A DNA stretch of 64,000 bases from Clostridia bacterium (GTDB lineage: Bacteria; Bacillota; Clostridia; UMGS1883; UMGS1540): positions 64,001 through 128,000 of the forward strand of contig JAZSIR010000003.1 in the NCBI GenBank assembly GCA_045533905.1, written 5' to 3'. Position 1 is the stretch's first letter. Each line of letters opens with the position of its first letter. Under the pieces are notes generated by a model. It saw only the letters and a program-made list of their open reading frames with translations, did not search any database and was not told where the DNA came from. Positions 48,753 to 58,424 of the stretch are shown here, piece by piece. The position numbers and the translations under genes were made by a program.

Positions 48753-50822
48753 ATGAATAAGTATGCAGTTGGAAAAATTAAGAACGTTGTGCTTATGGGC
48801 CACGGCGGGGCGGGTAAAACGTCTTTTGCCGAAGCGATGCTCTTTAATGCAGGCGTGGTGGATAGACTGGGTAAGATAGCCGACGGTGCGACCGTCTCGG
48901 ACTATGACCCGGAAGAAATCAAGCGTTCTATTTCGATCAATACTACCATGGTACCGTACGAATGGAAAAACACCAAGGTAAACGTAATTGACACACCCGG
49001 ATATTTCGACTTTGTCGGGGAAGTCAAAGAAGGCATTCGTGTAGCAGGCGCCGCCATCATTCTCGTTTCCGGACGAAGCGGTGTGGCCGTTGGCGCAGAA
49101 AAAGCATGGGAATACGCCAAGGAACAGAATATTCCCGCCGCTTTCTTTATCAATAAAATGGACGATGAAAACGCCAATTTTGCCTCCACCATTGCGGCAC
49201 TTGAAGAAAAGTTCGGCGTAGGTGTTGCGCCCTTCCAGGTACCGATTCAGGACAACGGCAAGCTCATCGGCGTTGTAGATACGATTGAGAAAAAGGCATA
49301 CCGCTTTACGGGCGTGGAACTTGAAGAGTTCCCGATTCCCGATTTCGTAATGCCGGAAGTGGAAAGAAGCCGCGTAAGTCTTATGGAAGCTATCGCCGAA
49401 ACGGGCGAGGAGCTTATGGAAAAATACTTTGCCGGCGAAGAATTCACAGCAGAGGAAATGGCCGCGGCCGTTAAAAAAGGCTTTAAAGCAGGTGACATTG
49501 TTCCTGTTTTCTGTGGTAGTGCCACGGCAAACCTCGGTATTCGCGTGGTTATGAACGCCATTGCAGAATACTTCCCGTCTCCCCTCATTGCCAATGAGGT
49601 AAAAGCGACAACGAAGGACGGCGGCGAAAAGGTGCTTCCGCATGAGCCGAATGGTCCTTTGGCGGCACTCGTATTTAAAACGGTTGCGGACCAGTTTGTA
49701 GGTAAAATTTCTATTTTCCGCGTATATTCCGGCGTTTTGAAGGCGGATTCCACCGTTTTAAACCCGAACACGGGCACACAGGAAAAAATCGGTAAGCTCT
49801 ATGTACTCCGCGGCAAAAAGCAGATAGAAGTGGATTCGATTTCTGCGGGCGATATCGGTGCTGTTACAAAGCTTGCCACCACACTTACGGGGCACACACT
49901 TTGCGATCCGGGCGAACCACTTACGCTCCCCGGCATTTTGTTCCCGCGCCCGAATCTTTCCCTCGCCATCGTGCCGAAGGCAAAGGGTGATGAAGAAAAA
50001 ATCAGCAGCGGTCTCCATAAACTCGAAGAGGAAGATCCGTGCTTTAAGGTGGCAATCAACACCGAAACGCGCCAGCAGGTTATCTCGGGCGTCGGCGAAC
50101 AGCATCTGGACGTTATCGTCAGCAAGCTGAAAGCTAAATTCGGTGTAGATGTAGATTTGATTGAACCTCGCGTACCTTATCGCGAAACGCTTCGCAAGAA
50201 GGTTAAGGTGCAGGGTCGCCATAAGAAACAGTCCGGCGGGCACGGCCAGTTCGGCGATGTCTGGATTGAATTCGAACCGGGCGAAACGGATGATCTCATT
50301 TTCGAAACCAATATTTTCGGCGGTGCCGTTCCGAAGAACTTCTTCCCGGCCGTTGAAAAGGGTCTTCGCGAATGTATCCAGAAGGGCGTACTCGCAGGCT
50401 ATCCCGTTGTAGGGCTTAAGGCCACACTGGTAGACGGTTCCTACCACCCCGTTGACTCTTCCGAAATGGCCTTTAAGGTAGCCGCATCTCTTGCATATAA
50501 GGAAGGCCTTAAAGAGGCAGGCCCTGTTCTTCTCGAGCCTATCGGCAAGCTCGAGGTTGTCATTCCCGAAAGCTATATGGGCGATATCGTCGGCGATGCA
50601 AATAAGCGCCGCGGCCGAATTCTCGGCATGCACCACACGGGCAAGGGGATGGGCCTTGTAGAAGCGGAAGTTCCGATGAGCGAAATGCATAAGTACGCTA
50701 CGGACCTTCGTTCGATGACGCAGGGCCGCGGGCAGTTCACACTCGACTTTGAACGCTATGAAGAAGCTCCCGCAAATGTTGCGCAGGCGATTATAGCGCA
50801 GGCAGCAAAGGAAGAAGAATAA
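48753..50822 (+). CDS. fusA: Elongation factor G paralog (EF-G2-like)
   Basis: GHGGAGKT, DTPG, NKMD, KKQSGGHGQFG; RSISI instead of RGITI; not in an str operon. Confidence 0.9.
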   Translation: MNKYAVGKIKNVVLMGHGGAGKTSFAEAMLFNAGVVDRLGKIADGATVSDYDPEEIKRSISINTTMVPYEWKNTKVNVIDTPGYFDFVGEVKEGIRVAGAAIILVSGRSGVAVGAEKAWEYAKEQNIPAAFFINKMDDENANFASTIAALEEKFGVGVAPFQVPIQDNGKLIGVVDTIEKKAYRFTGVELEEFPIPDFVMPEVERSRVSLMEAIAETGEELMEKYFAGEEFTAEEMAAAVKKGFKAGDIVPVFCGSATANLGIRVVMNAIAEYFPSPLIANEVKATTKDGGEKVLPHEPNGPLAALVFKTVADQFVGKISIFRVYSGVLKADSTVLNPNTGTQEKIGKLYVLRGKKQIEVDSISAGDIGAVTKLATTLTGHTLCDPGEPLTLPGILFPRPNLSLAIVPKAKGDEEKISSGLHKLEEEDPCFKVAINTETRQQVISGVGEQHLDVIVSKLKAKFGVDVDLIEPRVPYRETLRKKVKVQGRHKKQSGGHGQFGDVWIEFEPGETDDLIFETNIFGGAVPKNFFPAVEKGLRECIQKGVLAGYPVVGLKATLVDGSYHPVDSSEMAFKVAASLAYKEGLKEAGPVLLEPIGKLEVVIPESYMGDIVGDANKRRGRILGMHHTGKGMGLVEAEVPMSEMHKYATDLRSMTQGRGQFTLDFERYEEAPANVAQAIIAQAAKEEE

Positions 50823-50829
50823 TCGCTTC

Positions 50830-50970
50830 GGGACATAAAAAAGCGCAGAACGCAAAGAGGCAAGAAAAATATTTGTCTTGGACTTTGTGCTAATTGGGAA
50901 GGGGCTCTCCAATTTGGAGAGCCCCTCTGTTTTTATTCCTTTTTACCTTATGCATCTTTTTTCCTATCCC
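50830..50970 (+). repeat. Dispersed MITE-like element copy 3 with central GGGGCTCTCC/GGAGAGCCCC hairpin
   Basis: Colinear similarity to 53200-53358. Confidence 0.7.
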
Positions 50971-50985
50971 TAAAGAAGAGGGATT

Positions 50986-51657
50986 CTACTTGGCCGTCCG
51001 CTTTGTTTCTTCTATCAAAGAATATAGTTTCTCGATGGCATCTGAAAGGCCACCCACTGCATCCACAAGGCCTAAAGTGGCGGCCTCCTCTCCCATAATT
51101 ACGCTGCCCACATCCCCTAAAAGCTCGCCCGTTTCCAGTATCAACCGGCGGAAGTCGGCGTCTGCGATGCGGGAGTGCGCCGTCACAAACGAAATGACGC
51201 GTTCCTGCATACGGGAAAGGTACGAGAAGGTCTGCGGGGCGGCAATGGCGGTGCCGCTGTAGCGGATGGGGTGGAGTGTCATGGAGGCTGTGGGTGCAAT
51301 AAAGGCATAGTCGGCGGCGACGGCCAGCGGCACGCCGATGCTGTGCCCGCCGCCGAGAACGAGAGAAACGGAAGGTTTCCGCATCCCGGCAATCATCTCG
51401 GCGATGGCAAGGCCGGCCTCCACATCGCCGCCCATGGTGTTCAGAATAAGAAGAAGTCCATCTGTATCCGGGCTTTCTTCTATGGCGGCAAGGCGGGGGA
51501 TGACGTGCTCATATTTCGTCGTCTTATTTTGCGGCGGCAAAAGGATATGCCCTTCGATTTGCCCGATTACGGTCATACAATAAAAATTGCCGCGCGGCGC
51601 ATGTATATAGGCGGCGCCGTCCTCCTGTATATCCGTTTGCAGAGGGGGTGTCTCCAA
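50986..51657 (-). CDS. tepA: TepA, ClpP-like sporulation protease
   Basis: IGQIEGH..KTTKYEH, LNTMGGDVEAGLAIAE, LGGGHSIGVP. Confidence 0.9.
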   Translation of the reverse strand: METPPLQTDIQEDGAAYIHAPRGNFYCMTVIGQIEGHILLPPQNKTTKYEHVIPRLAAIEESPDTDGLLLILNTMGGDVEAGLAIAEMIAGMRKPSVSLVLGGGHSIGVPLAVAADYAFIAPTASMTLHPIRYSGTAIAAPQTFSYLSRMQERVISFVTAHSRIADADFRRLILETGELLGDVGSVIMGEEAATLGLVDAVGGLSDAIEKLYSLIEETKRTAK

Positions 51658-51721
51658 AAGAATCCCGCCTTTCCCTTAAAATATGTAGGCGCAAAGGCAA
51701 ACGCCTGCCTTTGCGGACTGA

Positions 51722-51928
51722 TTATTCGCTTCGGTGCGCCGGGAGCTTCTCCTTAAAGAGAAGCGTAATGCTCCAAAGCCCCGCAAGACCGACTACGGAA
51801 AAGATGATGCGGGAGATGAGAGTGGCCTGTCCGCCGAAAATCGAGCCAATGATGTCTACGCCGAACAAACCGATGGCACCCCAGTTGAGAGCGCCGAGAA
51901 TCACAAGTACAAGTGCGGTGTTATCCAA
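51722..51928 (-). CDS. DUF378 small membrane protein
   Basis: ALVLVILGALNWG..G.FG.D.....FG..SRIIF.VVGLAG. Confidence 0.88.
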   Translation of the reverse strand: MDNTALVLVILGALNWGAIGLFGVDIIGSIFGGQATLISRIIFSVVGLAGLWSITLLFKEKLPAHRSE

Positions 51929-52137
51929 AAAATCCAACTCCTTTTTTGCGGCAAAACGTAAAGATGATTTTTACGCTTACCGTACTTGATTCCGCTTACA
52001 TTTTATGTAACTTTGCGGAAAATACACGCGGGAAAATATGGAAAGCGCTAAAATTTGAAAAAAATGAAAAAATATCTTGCTTTTTGATTTTTTCTATGGT
52101 ATACTAACGTAGTCACTTAAAACCGGGAGGTGAAAAT

Positions 52138-52404
52138 ATGCCTAATATCAAGTCTGCAAAGAAGAGAGTTCTCGTAATTGAAAAGAAGACGCTGAGAAAT
52201 CAGATGATTAAGTCTGCTCTGAAAACCGCTATCAAGCGTTTTGAAACTGCAGTTGCAAACAAGAATGCAGAAGAAGCTACAGTCGCATTCCGTTTTGCCG
52301 TAAAGAAGCTCGACCAGGCTGTTGCAAAGGGCGTTCTCCACAAGAACACTGCTTCCAACAAGAAGTCGCAGATGGCTCTGAAGCTTAAAGCACTCGTTGC
52401 TTAA
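52138..52404 (+). CDS. rpsT: 30S ribosomal protein S20
   Basis: [19 protein letters not shown]; promoter TTGCTT-17-TATACT at 52077-52105. Confidence 0.97.
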   Translation: MPNIKSAKKRVLVIEKKTLRNQMIKSALKTAIKRFETAVANKNAEEATVAFRFAVKKLDQAVAKGVLHKNTASNKKSQMALKLKALVA

Positions 52405-52501
52405 TTTAATTTTCTGAGAGAAACAGCATGTAATCAGCCATAGCCGTAGGCTTATGGTTGATTTGTTGTATTCAAATTTAGAAAGAAATGCAGGATATCA
52501 T

Positions 52502-53200
52502 ATGAAAACACTGGTCATTACAGGCGGAGCCGGTGGCATCGGAAGCGCCATCGCGAGAAAGTTTCGGAAAGAGGGATATGAAGTTGTTATCGGTTATAAC
52601 CGTTCCAAGGAAAAGGCCGAGGCACTTGCCCGCGAGATTTCCGCGCGTGCCCTTTTTGTGGATGTTTGCTCCCCCGCGTCCGTTTTCGCATTTTATGAAG
52701 CGGCAGGATCTGCCTCTGTGGTCATCCACGCCGCAGGCATCTCCCAGCAGAAGCTCTTTTGCGATATTACTGAGGAAGAGTGGGACCGGATGATGGATGT
52801 GCACGTCAAAGGGGCATACCGCCTTTATAAGGCCTTTCTGCCCGATATGATCCGCCGCAAGGAAGGGAGCCTCATTTCCGTTTCTTCGATGTGGGGGCAG
52901 GTCGGCGCCTCGTGCGAGGTGCATTATTCCACTGCCAAAGCGGCCCTTATCGGGATGACGCGCGCGCTCGCCAAAGAGCTTGGCCCTTCCAATATCCGCG
53001 TAAACTGCATAGCGCCGGGGGTAATCGAAACGGATATGATGGCCGCGTTTTCGGAAGAAGATAAAAAGGCGCTTATGGAAGAAACGCCGCTTGGCCGTAT
53101 CGGCACGGGCGAAGATGTGGCCGATGCCGCACTTTACGCCGCCGAAGCTTCGTTTTTAACAGGACAAGTGATAGCCCCCAATGGTGGTTTCGTCATATAG
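52502..53200 (+). CDS. SDR oxidoreductase, YmfI/FabG-like
   Basis: TGGAGGIG, SSMWGQVGASCEVHYSTAK, NCIAPG. Confidence 0.85.
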   Translation: MKTLVITGGAGGIGSAIARKFRKEGYEVVIGYNRSKEKAEALAREISARALFVDVCSPASVFAFYEAAGSASVVIHAAGISQQKLFCDITEEEWDRMMDVHVKGAYRLYKAFLPDMIRRKEGSLISVSSMWGQVGASCEVHYSTAKAALIGMTRALAKELGPSNIRVNCIAPGVIETDMMAAFSEEDKKALMEETPLGRIGTGEDVADAALYAAEASFLTGQVIAPNGGFVI

Positions 53201-53358
53201 GGGTGTAAAAAAGGCGCAGGACACAAAAAGGCAAAGGAAATATTTAACATAGTTTGTGCGCTTATAAAAAGCAAGTTCAAACGGGTTGGGACTCTCCAAA
53301 ATGGGAGAGTCCCTCTGTTTTTATGCCTTTTTGTGCCCCGCATCCTTTTTTCTACCCC
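53200..53358 (+). repeat. Dispersed MITE-like element copy 4, with about 38-bp imperfect terminal inverted repeats
   Basis: Left GGGGTGTAAAAAAGGCGCAGGACACAAAAAGGCA; right reverse complement GGGGTAGAAAAAAGGATGCGGGGCACAAAAAGGCA. Confidence 0.75.
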
Positions 53359-53454
53359 TCGTCTGGAAGGCACAAATGCTTTTCTTCCGTGCGCGCCCTG
53401 TGGGGGTGTGGAGTGTCACATAACACCCCACAAAGAACAGACAAAGCGAACATA

Positions 53455-53483
53455 AAAAGGCTGAACGAAATCGTTCAGCCTTT
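53455..53483 (-). terminator. Terminator of cysK
   Basis: AAAGGCTGAACGA-A..TCGTTCAGCCTTT. Confidence 0.75.
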
Positions 53484-53496
53484 ACTATATGTATTT

Positions 53497-54426
53497 TTAT
53501 TCTGCAAACATCGGGGTGGAAAGATACCGCTCGCCCGAGTCGGGAAGGAGCACCACAATCGTTTTGCCAATGTTTTCGGGTCGCGCGGCCACCGTGCATG
53601 CGGCCGAGAGCGCGGCACCCGAGGAAATCCCTACCAAAACGCCTTCAAGCTTTGCAAGGCTTCGCCCTGCCTCGTAGGCATCTTCTTCTTTTACGGGGAT
53701 AATTTCGTCATAAATTTCTGTATCGAGAACCTCCGGCACAAAGCCTGCGCCGATTCCCATAAGGCCGTGCGCACCGGGCGTGCCGCCCGATAAAACGGGG
53801 GAGCCCGCGGGCTCTACGCCCACAACGCGGATCGTGGGATTTTGTGCCTTCAGGTACGAGCCGATGCCCGAGATGGTGCCGCCCGTGCCGATGCCGCAAA
53901 CAAAAATGTCAATCTGTCCGTCCGTATCCTCCCAGATTTCGGGGGCGGTGGTGGAAAGGTGCGCGGCAGGGTTCGCCGCGTTTGTAAACTGGCCGGGAAT
54001 AAAGCTGCCCGGTAAAGATGCGGCAATTTCTTTTGCCTTGTCAATGGCGCCTTGCATTCCGCGCGCGCCGTCCGTCAAAACGATTTCCGCGCCGTATGCC
54101 GCGAGAAGGCGGCGGCGTTCTATACTCATCGTGTCCGGCATTGTCAAAATCACGCGGTAGCCGCGCGCGGCGCTCATCGCCGCGAGACCAATGCCCGTGT
54201 TACCGCTGGTGGGCTCCACGATGACGCTTCCGCTTTTGAGATAGCCGCGGTTTTCAGCATCCTCGAGCATCGAAAGCGCCACGCGATCTTTGGCGCTGCC
54301 GGCGGGATTGCACGCTTCGAGCTTTGCAAGAAGCGTGGCCGAAAGGCCAAGCTTTTTTTCGTAATTGCCGAGTCTTAAGAGCGGTGTGTGCCCGACAAGA
54401 TCCTGAATATTTTCGTAAATTTTCAT
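53497..54426 (-). CDS. cysK: Cysteine synthase A
   Basis: NPAGSAKDR, EPTSGNTG, GTGGT, DSGERYLST. Confidence 0.95.
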   Translation of the reverse strand: MKIYENIQDLVGHTPLLRLGNYEKKLGLSATLLAKLEACNPAGSAKDRVALSMLEDAENRGYLKSGSVIVEPTSGNTGIGLAAMSAARGYRVILTMPDTMSIERRRLLAAYGAEIVLTDGARGMQGAIDKAKEIAASLPGSFIPGQFTNAANPAAHLSTTAPEIWEDTDGQIDIFVCGIGTGGTISGIGSYLKAQNPTIRVVGVEPAGSPVLSGGTPGAHGLMGIGAGFVPEVLDTEIYDEIIPVKEEDAYEAGRSLAKLEGVLVGISSGAALSAACTVAARPENIGKTIVVLLPDSGERYLSTPMFAE

Positions 54427-54435
54427 TTGCGCCTC

Positions 54436-56607
54436 CTATTTGAATGCATTATAGATGTTCATCGCAATCTGCGCAACCTGCGCGCGTGTTGCCGTTTCTT
54501 CCATACTGAGCGTGTCATTGCCCATACCGCGCATAATGCTGTTTTCAATACAGAAGGCCGCGGCCGCCTGCATTGCATCAGAAAGGTCCTCAAAATCGGT
54601 GAAGGGCTTGCCCGCGGAGAGCGCGGCATCTGTATCCTTGCCCATATGGTCCGCAAGGAGATAGGCGGCCATTGCCATTTCGCCGCGTGTTACAGGCGCG
54701 GAGGGGCTGAACATCGAGCCCTCCTCAAAAGGCAGGATGCCGTTTGTATACGCCCAGGCAACCGCTTCGGCATACCAGACCGCAGCATCAATATCCAGAT
54801 ACGGAAGCGCCGAAATATCTGCGTGGAGCTTGCCGCCGAATTCCTTATAAAGGCGCGAAAGAACGGTGATGTACATCCCGCGCGTCATCAGCTCTTCCGG
54901 CGAGAAAACGCCTTCGGCCGTTCCGTTGAAGAGGCCCATATCTGCTACTTCCTCCGCCACCTCGCGTGCCCAGTGGTCGTGCATATCGTGGAAAGTGCCG
55001 GAAACGGAAACACACACGGCGGCCATACCGCCGCCCGAGGTGAACGCGCGGAGAAGCGCCTTGCCGTTTTGCTTTGCGGTAATCACACCGCGGTCATTGA
55101 CGGAAACAATGTCACTATTCAGATTTTCCCAGTAGATTCTGCCTGCGCCGCGGTCGGCAACAGTTTCGAGGGAAAACTTCTCGCCCGCGCTAAGGCGCAC
55201 GGAAGGGAGAATGTCTATGTACGCCGTGCTTACATAGCCGCGCACGTGCCCAAATTCAATTTCGTACCAGTATGGGTTTTCCAGCATATGCATCCGGTCG
55301 GTGGAATCTGTGCGCCGTCCGCCCAAAACCGTGACCGTATCCCCATAAGCAAGCTTGCCGCAGATATCGTGTAAAACGGAAGGACCGGAGCGCACATTCA
55401 CGACTGTATAATTGCAGGTGCCCGTCGTCTCTTCCACGGCATCAAAGGCCACATCGGTATCAGCCGCGGGCATATCTTCGAAGGTGGGGATATAGAAAAC
55501 CTTGGAATCGGCAAGCGTTCCTGCCGATTTGTACCCCTGATAGGTGCTGTGTGCCTGCCCGGCTGCACCGTATACATTCGTCATATACTGGTGGGTGTAG
55601 AGTGCGTAGCCACTGTCGGGCACTACGTTGAAACGCTCAAAATACATCGTGTTCTGCCCTTTGGAAATGTACAGTTCGCCAATCCAGATGGCGCCGTTTA
55701 TAATGGAAGCTTCCGGCGTGGTCCACGGGCGGCCGTAGGAGGTGCCGAGGCTGGCCCAGTTGAGGCCATTTGCAATCGGATTCTTGCCGTCATTGGCGCC
55801 GATGTTATAGAAATTGTAAAGCCCTTCGTAGCCGGGATACTTGCCCGTTACACTGCCTGAAGGTGAAATGCCGATTTCTGTACGGATTTTCGAGGCGAGA
55901 TAATAGGGCGAAACGCCGCTTTTTTCAGCGGCCTCCATAATGATCTCGGCGTAGGTTTTGCCTTTTTTGGGAGGCGTTTTCTCTTCGGCTTCTTCTGCGA
56001 CAGTTTCCTCCTCGGCGGGCGCGCTTTCCTCGCTTTCCGAAAGGTCGCCTTCTTCCCCCTCTGCAGGCACGATAGCGGTCTCTTCGGAAGGCGTCTCTTC
56101 AGAAGGCGCTTCCTCTTCACCGGGGTGGGGAATCGGCGTCTCGTGCATAAAGGTGCCGTCTAAGATCAGTTCCACGCCTTCAAGCGTATGGTAGTCTTTA
56201 TCGTAAGAAAGTGCTTCAAACTGGAAAATATAAATTTCATTCAGAAAGTTTGCGGGGTTCATAAAATAGTCCACAGTGGCGGCAGAGGCCGATACCCAGG
56301 TGGAAGCATCGTGGTATGTATATGTACCCTTCTGGGGATTATAGTGTCCCTCACCCGTGTTTCGAAGAAGCGGGCTGTAGTATTTCTCCACAAGGCTCTT
56401 TTTTCCGGTTTCGGCGCGTATCACATCATCCCAGGAAAGCCCCGTAGGCACAGCCACGAACACCCATTCGGGATACTTTTTGTGAAGCTTTGCAAGCGCC
56501 GTCTGCCAGGTTTTCGGGAAGGCGCGAAGTTCACTTTCATAGTCCGCCGAAACCGGCAGGGAAAGAAATAAAAAACATAAAAATACAGAAAGAATTCGTT
56601 TTATCAT
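54436..56607 (-). CDS. Secreted peptidoglycan glucosaminidase-like protein with SH3b, Ig-like and SLH domains
   Basis: Signal peptide; YNFYNIGA, YISKGQNTMY, HQYMTNV; VNVRSGPS; C-terminal SLH repeats (TRG, TRG, TRAQ). Confidence 0.75.
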   Translation of the reverse strand: MIKRILSVFLCFLFLSLPVSADYESELRAFPKTWQTALAKLHKKYPEWVFVAVPTGLSWDDVIRAETGKKSLVEKYYSPLLRNTGEGHYNPQKGTYTYHDASTWVSASAATVDYFMNPANFLNEIYIFQFEALSYDKDYHTLEGVELILDGTFMHETPIPHPGEEEAPSEETPSEETAIVPAEGEEGDLSESEESAPAEEETVAEEAEEKTPPKKGKTYAEIIMEAAEKSGVSPYYLASKIRTEIGISPSGSVTGKYPGYEGLYNFYNIGANDGKNPIANGLNWASLGTSYGRPWTTPEASIINGAIWIGELYISKGQNTMYFERFNVVPDSGYALYTHQYMTNVYGAAGQAHSTYQGYKSAGTLADSKVFYIPTFEDMPAADTDVAFDAVEETTGTCNYTVVNVRSGPSVLHDICGKLAYGDTVTVLGGRRTDSTDRMHMLENPYWYEIEFGHVRGYVSTAYIDILPSVRLSAGEKFSLETVADRGAGRIYWENLNSDIVSVNDRGVITAKQNGKALLRAFTSGGGMAAVCVSVSGTFHDMHDHWAREVAEEVADMGLFNGTAEGVFSPEELMTRGMYITVLSRLYKEFGGKLHADISALPYLDIDAAVWYAEAVAWAYTNGILPFEEGSMFSPSAPVTRGEMAMAAYLLADHMGKDTDAALSAGKPFTDFEDLSDAMQAAAAFCIENSIMRGMGNDTLSMEETATRAQVAQIAMNIYNAFK

Positions 56608-56827
56608 TGGTAAGCATTCCTTTTGAAAAAATAGTGAGAAAAAGGTGAGTTTTTCACAATATATATCATAGAAGAACAAGGCGGCAAAGTCAATATAGTG
56701 AAGCGGTTTCTCACAAAAAAAACATCCAGTTTTAACAAGTCTGTAACAAAAAGAAAAAGCGTGGCCGGACTTGACAACCGGCGCAGGATGTGATAGGATA
56801 CAGGAGAAAAATAAGGAGGCGTTTTCT

Positions 56828-57670
56828 ATGAGTGAAACTTGTTCGCATAACTGCTCGTCCTGCGGGTCTGACTGCGCATCCAGAAAAGCGCCGCAGAGCT
56901 TTCTGGAAGAATTGCATCCGATGGCGAGCGTGAAAAAGGTTATCGGTATTGTAAGCGGAAAGGGCGGCGTCGGAAAGTCGCTTGTCACCTCGGCCCTCGC
57001 AGTTTTGCTGCAGAGAAAAGGGTTTACCGCGGGCATACTGGATGCCGATATTACCGGCCCTTCGATTCCGAAGGCATTCGGGCTTCACGAAAAAGCCCGT
57101 GCTATTGAAAACGGCATTTTGCCGTCGGTGACGAAAACAGGCATTGAAGTGATGTCCTTAAATCTCCTTCTCGAGAACGAAACGGACCCCGTTGTTTGGC
57201 GCGGCCCCGTCATTGCCGGTACCGTAAAGCAGTTCTGGACAGATGTAATCTGGGAGGATGTGGACTATTTATTTGTCGATATGCCCCCCGGAACAGGTGA
57301 TGTGCCGCTTACGGTGTACCAGTCCCTGCCGCTGGACGGCATTGTCGTTGTTACCTCCCCGCAGGAGCTTGTGGAGATGATTGTAGGCAAAGCCGTACGT
57401 ATGGCAGAGATGCTTTCCATTCCGATACTGGGCCTTGTGGAAAATATGTCCTATTTCGAATGTCCCGATTGCGGCGGCAGACACGCTGTGTTCGGCGAGA
57501 GCCGTATCGAAGGCTTTGCAGAGAAGTTTGGTGTTGACACGGTTGCACGTATTCCGATCAGCCCGCGCCTGGCCGCTTCGTGCGATAAGGGCGAAATCGA
57601 GGCATTTGAGGGAGATTTCCTCGATGCTATGGCGGCAAAAATTGAGAAGGCCGTACCAATCGAAAGATAA
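56828..57670 (+). CDS. mrp: Mrp/NBP35 Fe-S cluster carrier ATPase
   Basis: N-terminal Cys cluster, SGKGGVGKS, WRGP, DMPPGTGD, ENMS..CPDC. Confidence 0.93.
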   Translation: MSETCSHNCSSCGSDCASRKAPQSFLEELHPMASVKKVIGIVSGKGGVGKSLVTSALAVLLQRKGFTAGILDADITGPSIPKAFGLHEKARAIENGILPSVTKTGIEVMSLNLLLENETDPVVWRGPVIAGTVKQFWTDVIWEDVDYLFVDMPPGTGDVPLTVYQSLPLDGIVVVTSPQELVEMIVGKAVRMAEMLSIPILGLVENMSYFECPDCGGRHAVFGESRIEGFAEKFGVDTVARIPISPRLAASCDKGEIEAFEGDFLDAMAAKIEKAVPIER

Positions 57671-57698
57671 AAAAAGGGATGCACCGCATCCCTTTTTT
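57669..57698 (+). terminator. Intrinsic terminator
   Basis: AAAAAAGGGATGC-ACC-GCATCCCTTTTTT. Confidence 0.8.
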
Positions 57699-57807
57699 GC
57701 TGTTTTTTCGGTGTACATACGATTTGAGTACGGACAATTTCGACGCAATTCGAAAAAATATCTGCAAATAACAAATTTGTAGAAAAAATTTTTGCAGAAT
57801 ACGATTT

Positions 57808-57825
57808 TTGCGAAAAATGTAACAA
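57808..57825. promoter_or_regulatory. Possible Rex operator upstream of the hydrogenase operon
   Basis: TTGCGAA-AAAT-GTAACAA versus clostridial TTGTTAA-N4-TTAACAA. Confidence 0.4.
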
Positions 57826-57935
57826 TATAAAAAATTTTTAAAATTTACTTGGAATTTTGTAAAAAATGTGCTATCATTATTACTGTATGGACTGTTTTGA
57901 TGAAAAACATAAAATGTTTTTAGGAGGATGAAGGT

Positions 57936-58424
57936 ATGGCTCATATTAGTGAGGCAGGCGTCAAGAAGATTTGCGAAATCTGCGAAAGATACGCAAACGA
58001 AAAAACACCACTTATGATGATTTTGAGTGACATTCAGAATGAATACGGATATATTCCGCTGGATGTACAACAGATCGTATCGGAAAAGACCGGTATTTCC
58101 GTTGCGGAAATTTACGGCGTGGTAACATTCTATTCGTTCTTCTCGCTTCAGCCGAAGGGCAAGTATGTTGTCGGTTGCTGCATGGGCACAGCGTGCTACG
58201 TAAAGGGCGCACAGCTTGTTATGGACAAGTTTTCCGAACTTCTCGGTATTCAGCCGGGCGAAACCACGGAAGACGGTATGTTCACCATTGATGCACTTCG
58301 TTGTATCGGTGCCTGCGGCATTGCACCGGCTGTTACGATCAACGGCAAGGTATATCCGAAGGTATCGGTTGCACAGGTTGCAGACATTGTAGACGAATAT
58401 CGTACTATGGGAGGTGCCAACTAA
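57936..58424 (+). CDS. hydC: Bifurcating [FeFe]-hydrogenase NuoE-like subunit
   Basis: YGVVTFY, CMGTACYVKG, RCIGACGIAP. Confidence 0.9.
   Translation: MAHISEAGVKKICEICERYANEKTPLMMILSDIQNEYGYIPLDVQQIVSEKTGISVAEIYGVVTFYSFFSLQPKGKYVVGCCMGTACYVKGAQLVMDKFSELLGIQPGETTEDGMFTIDALRCIGACGIAPAVTINGKVYPKVSVAQVADIVDEYRTMGGAN

Noticed and set aside
48753-50822. Tetracycline ribosomal protection protein
   Set aside because: Motifs (KKQSGGHGQFG, SYHPVDSSEMAF) are EF-G-like, not TetM/TetO-like
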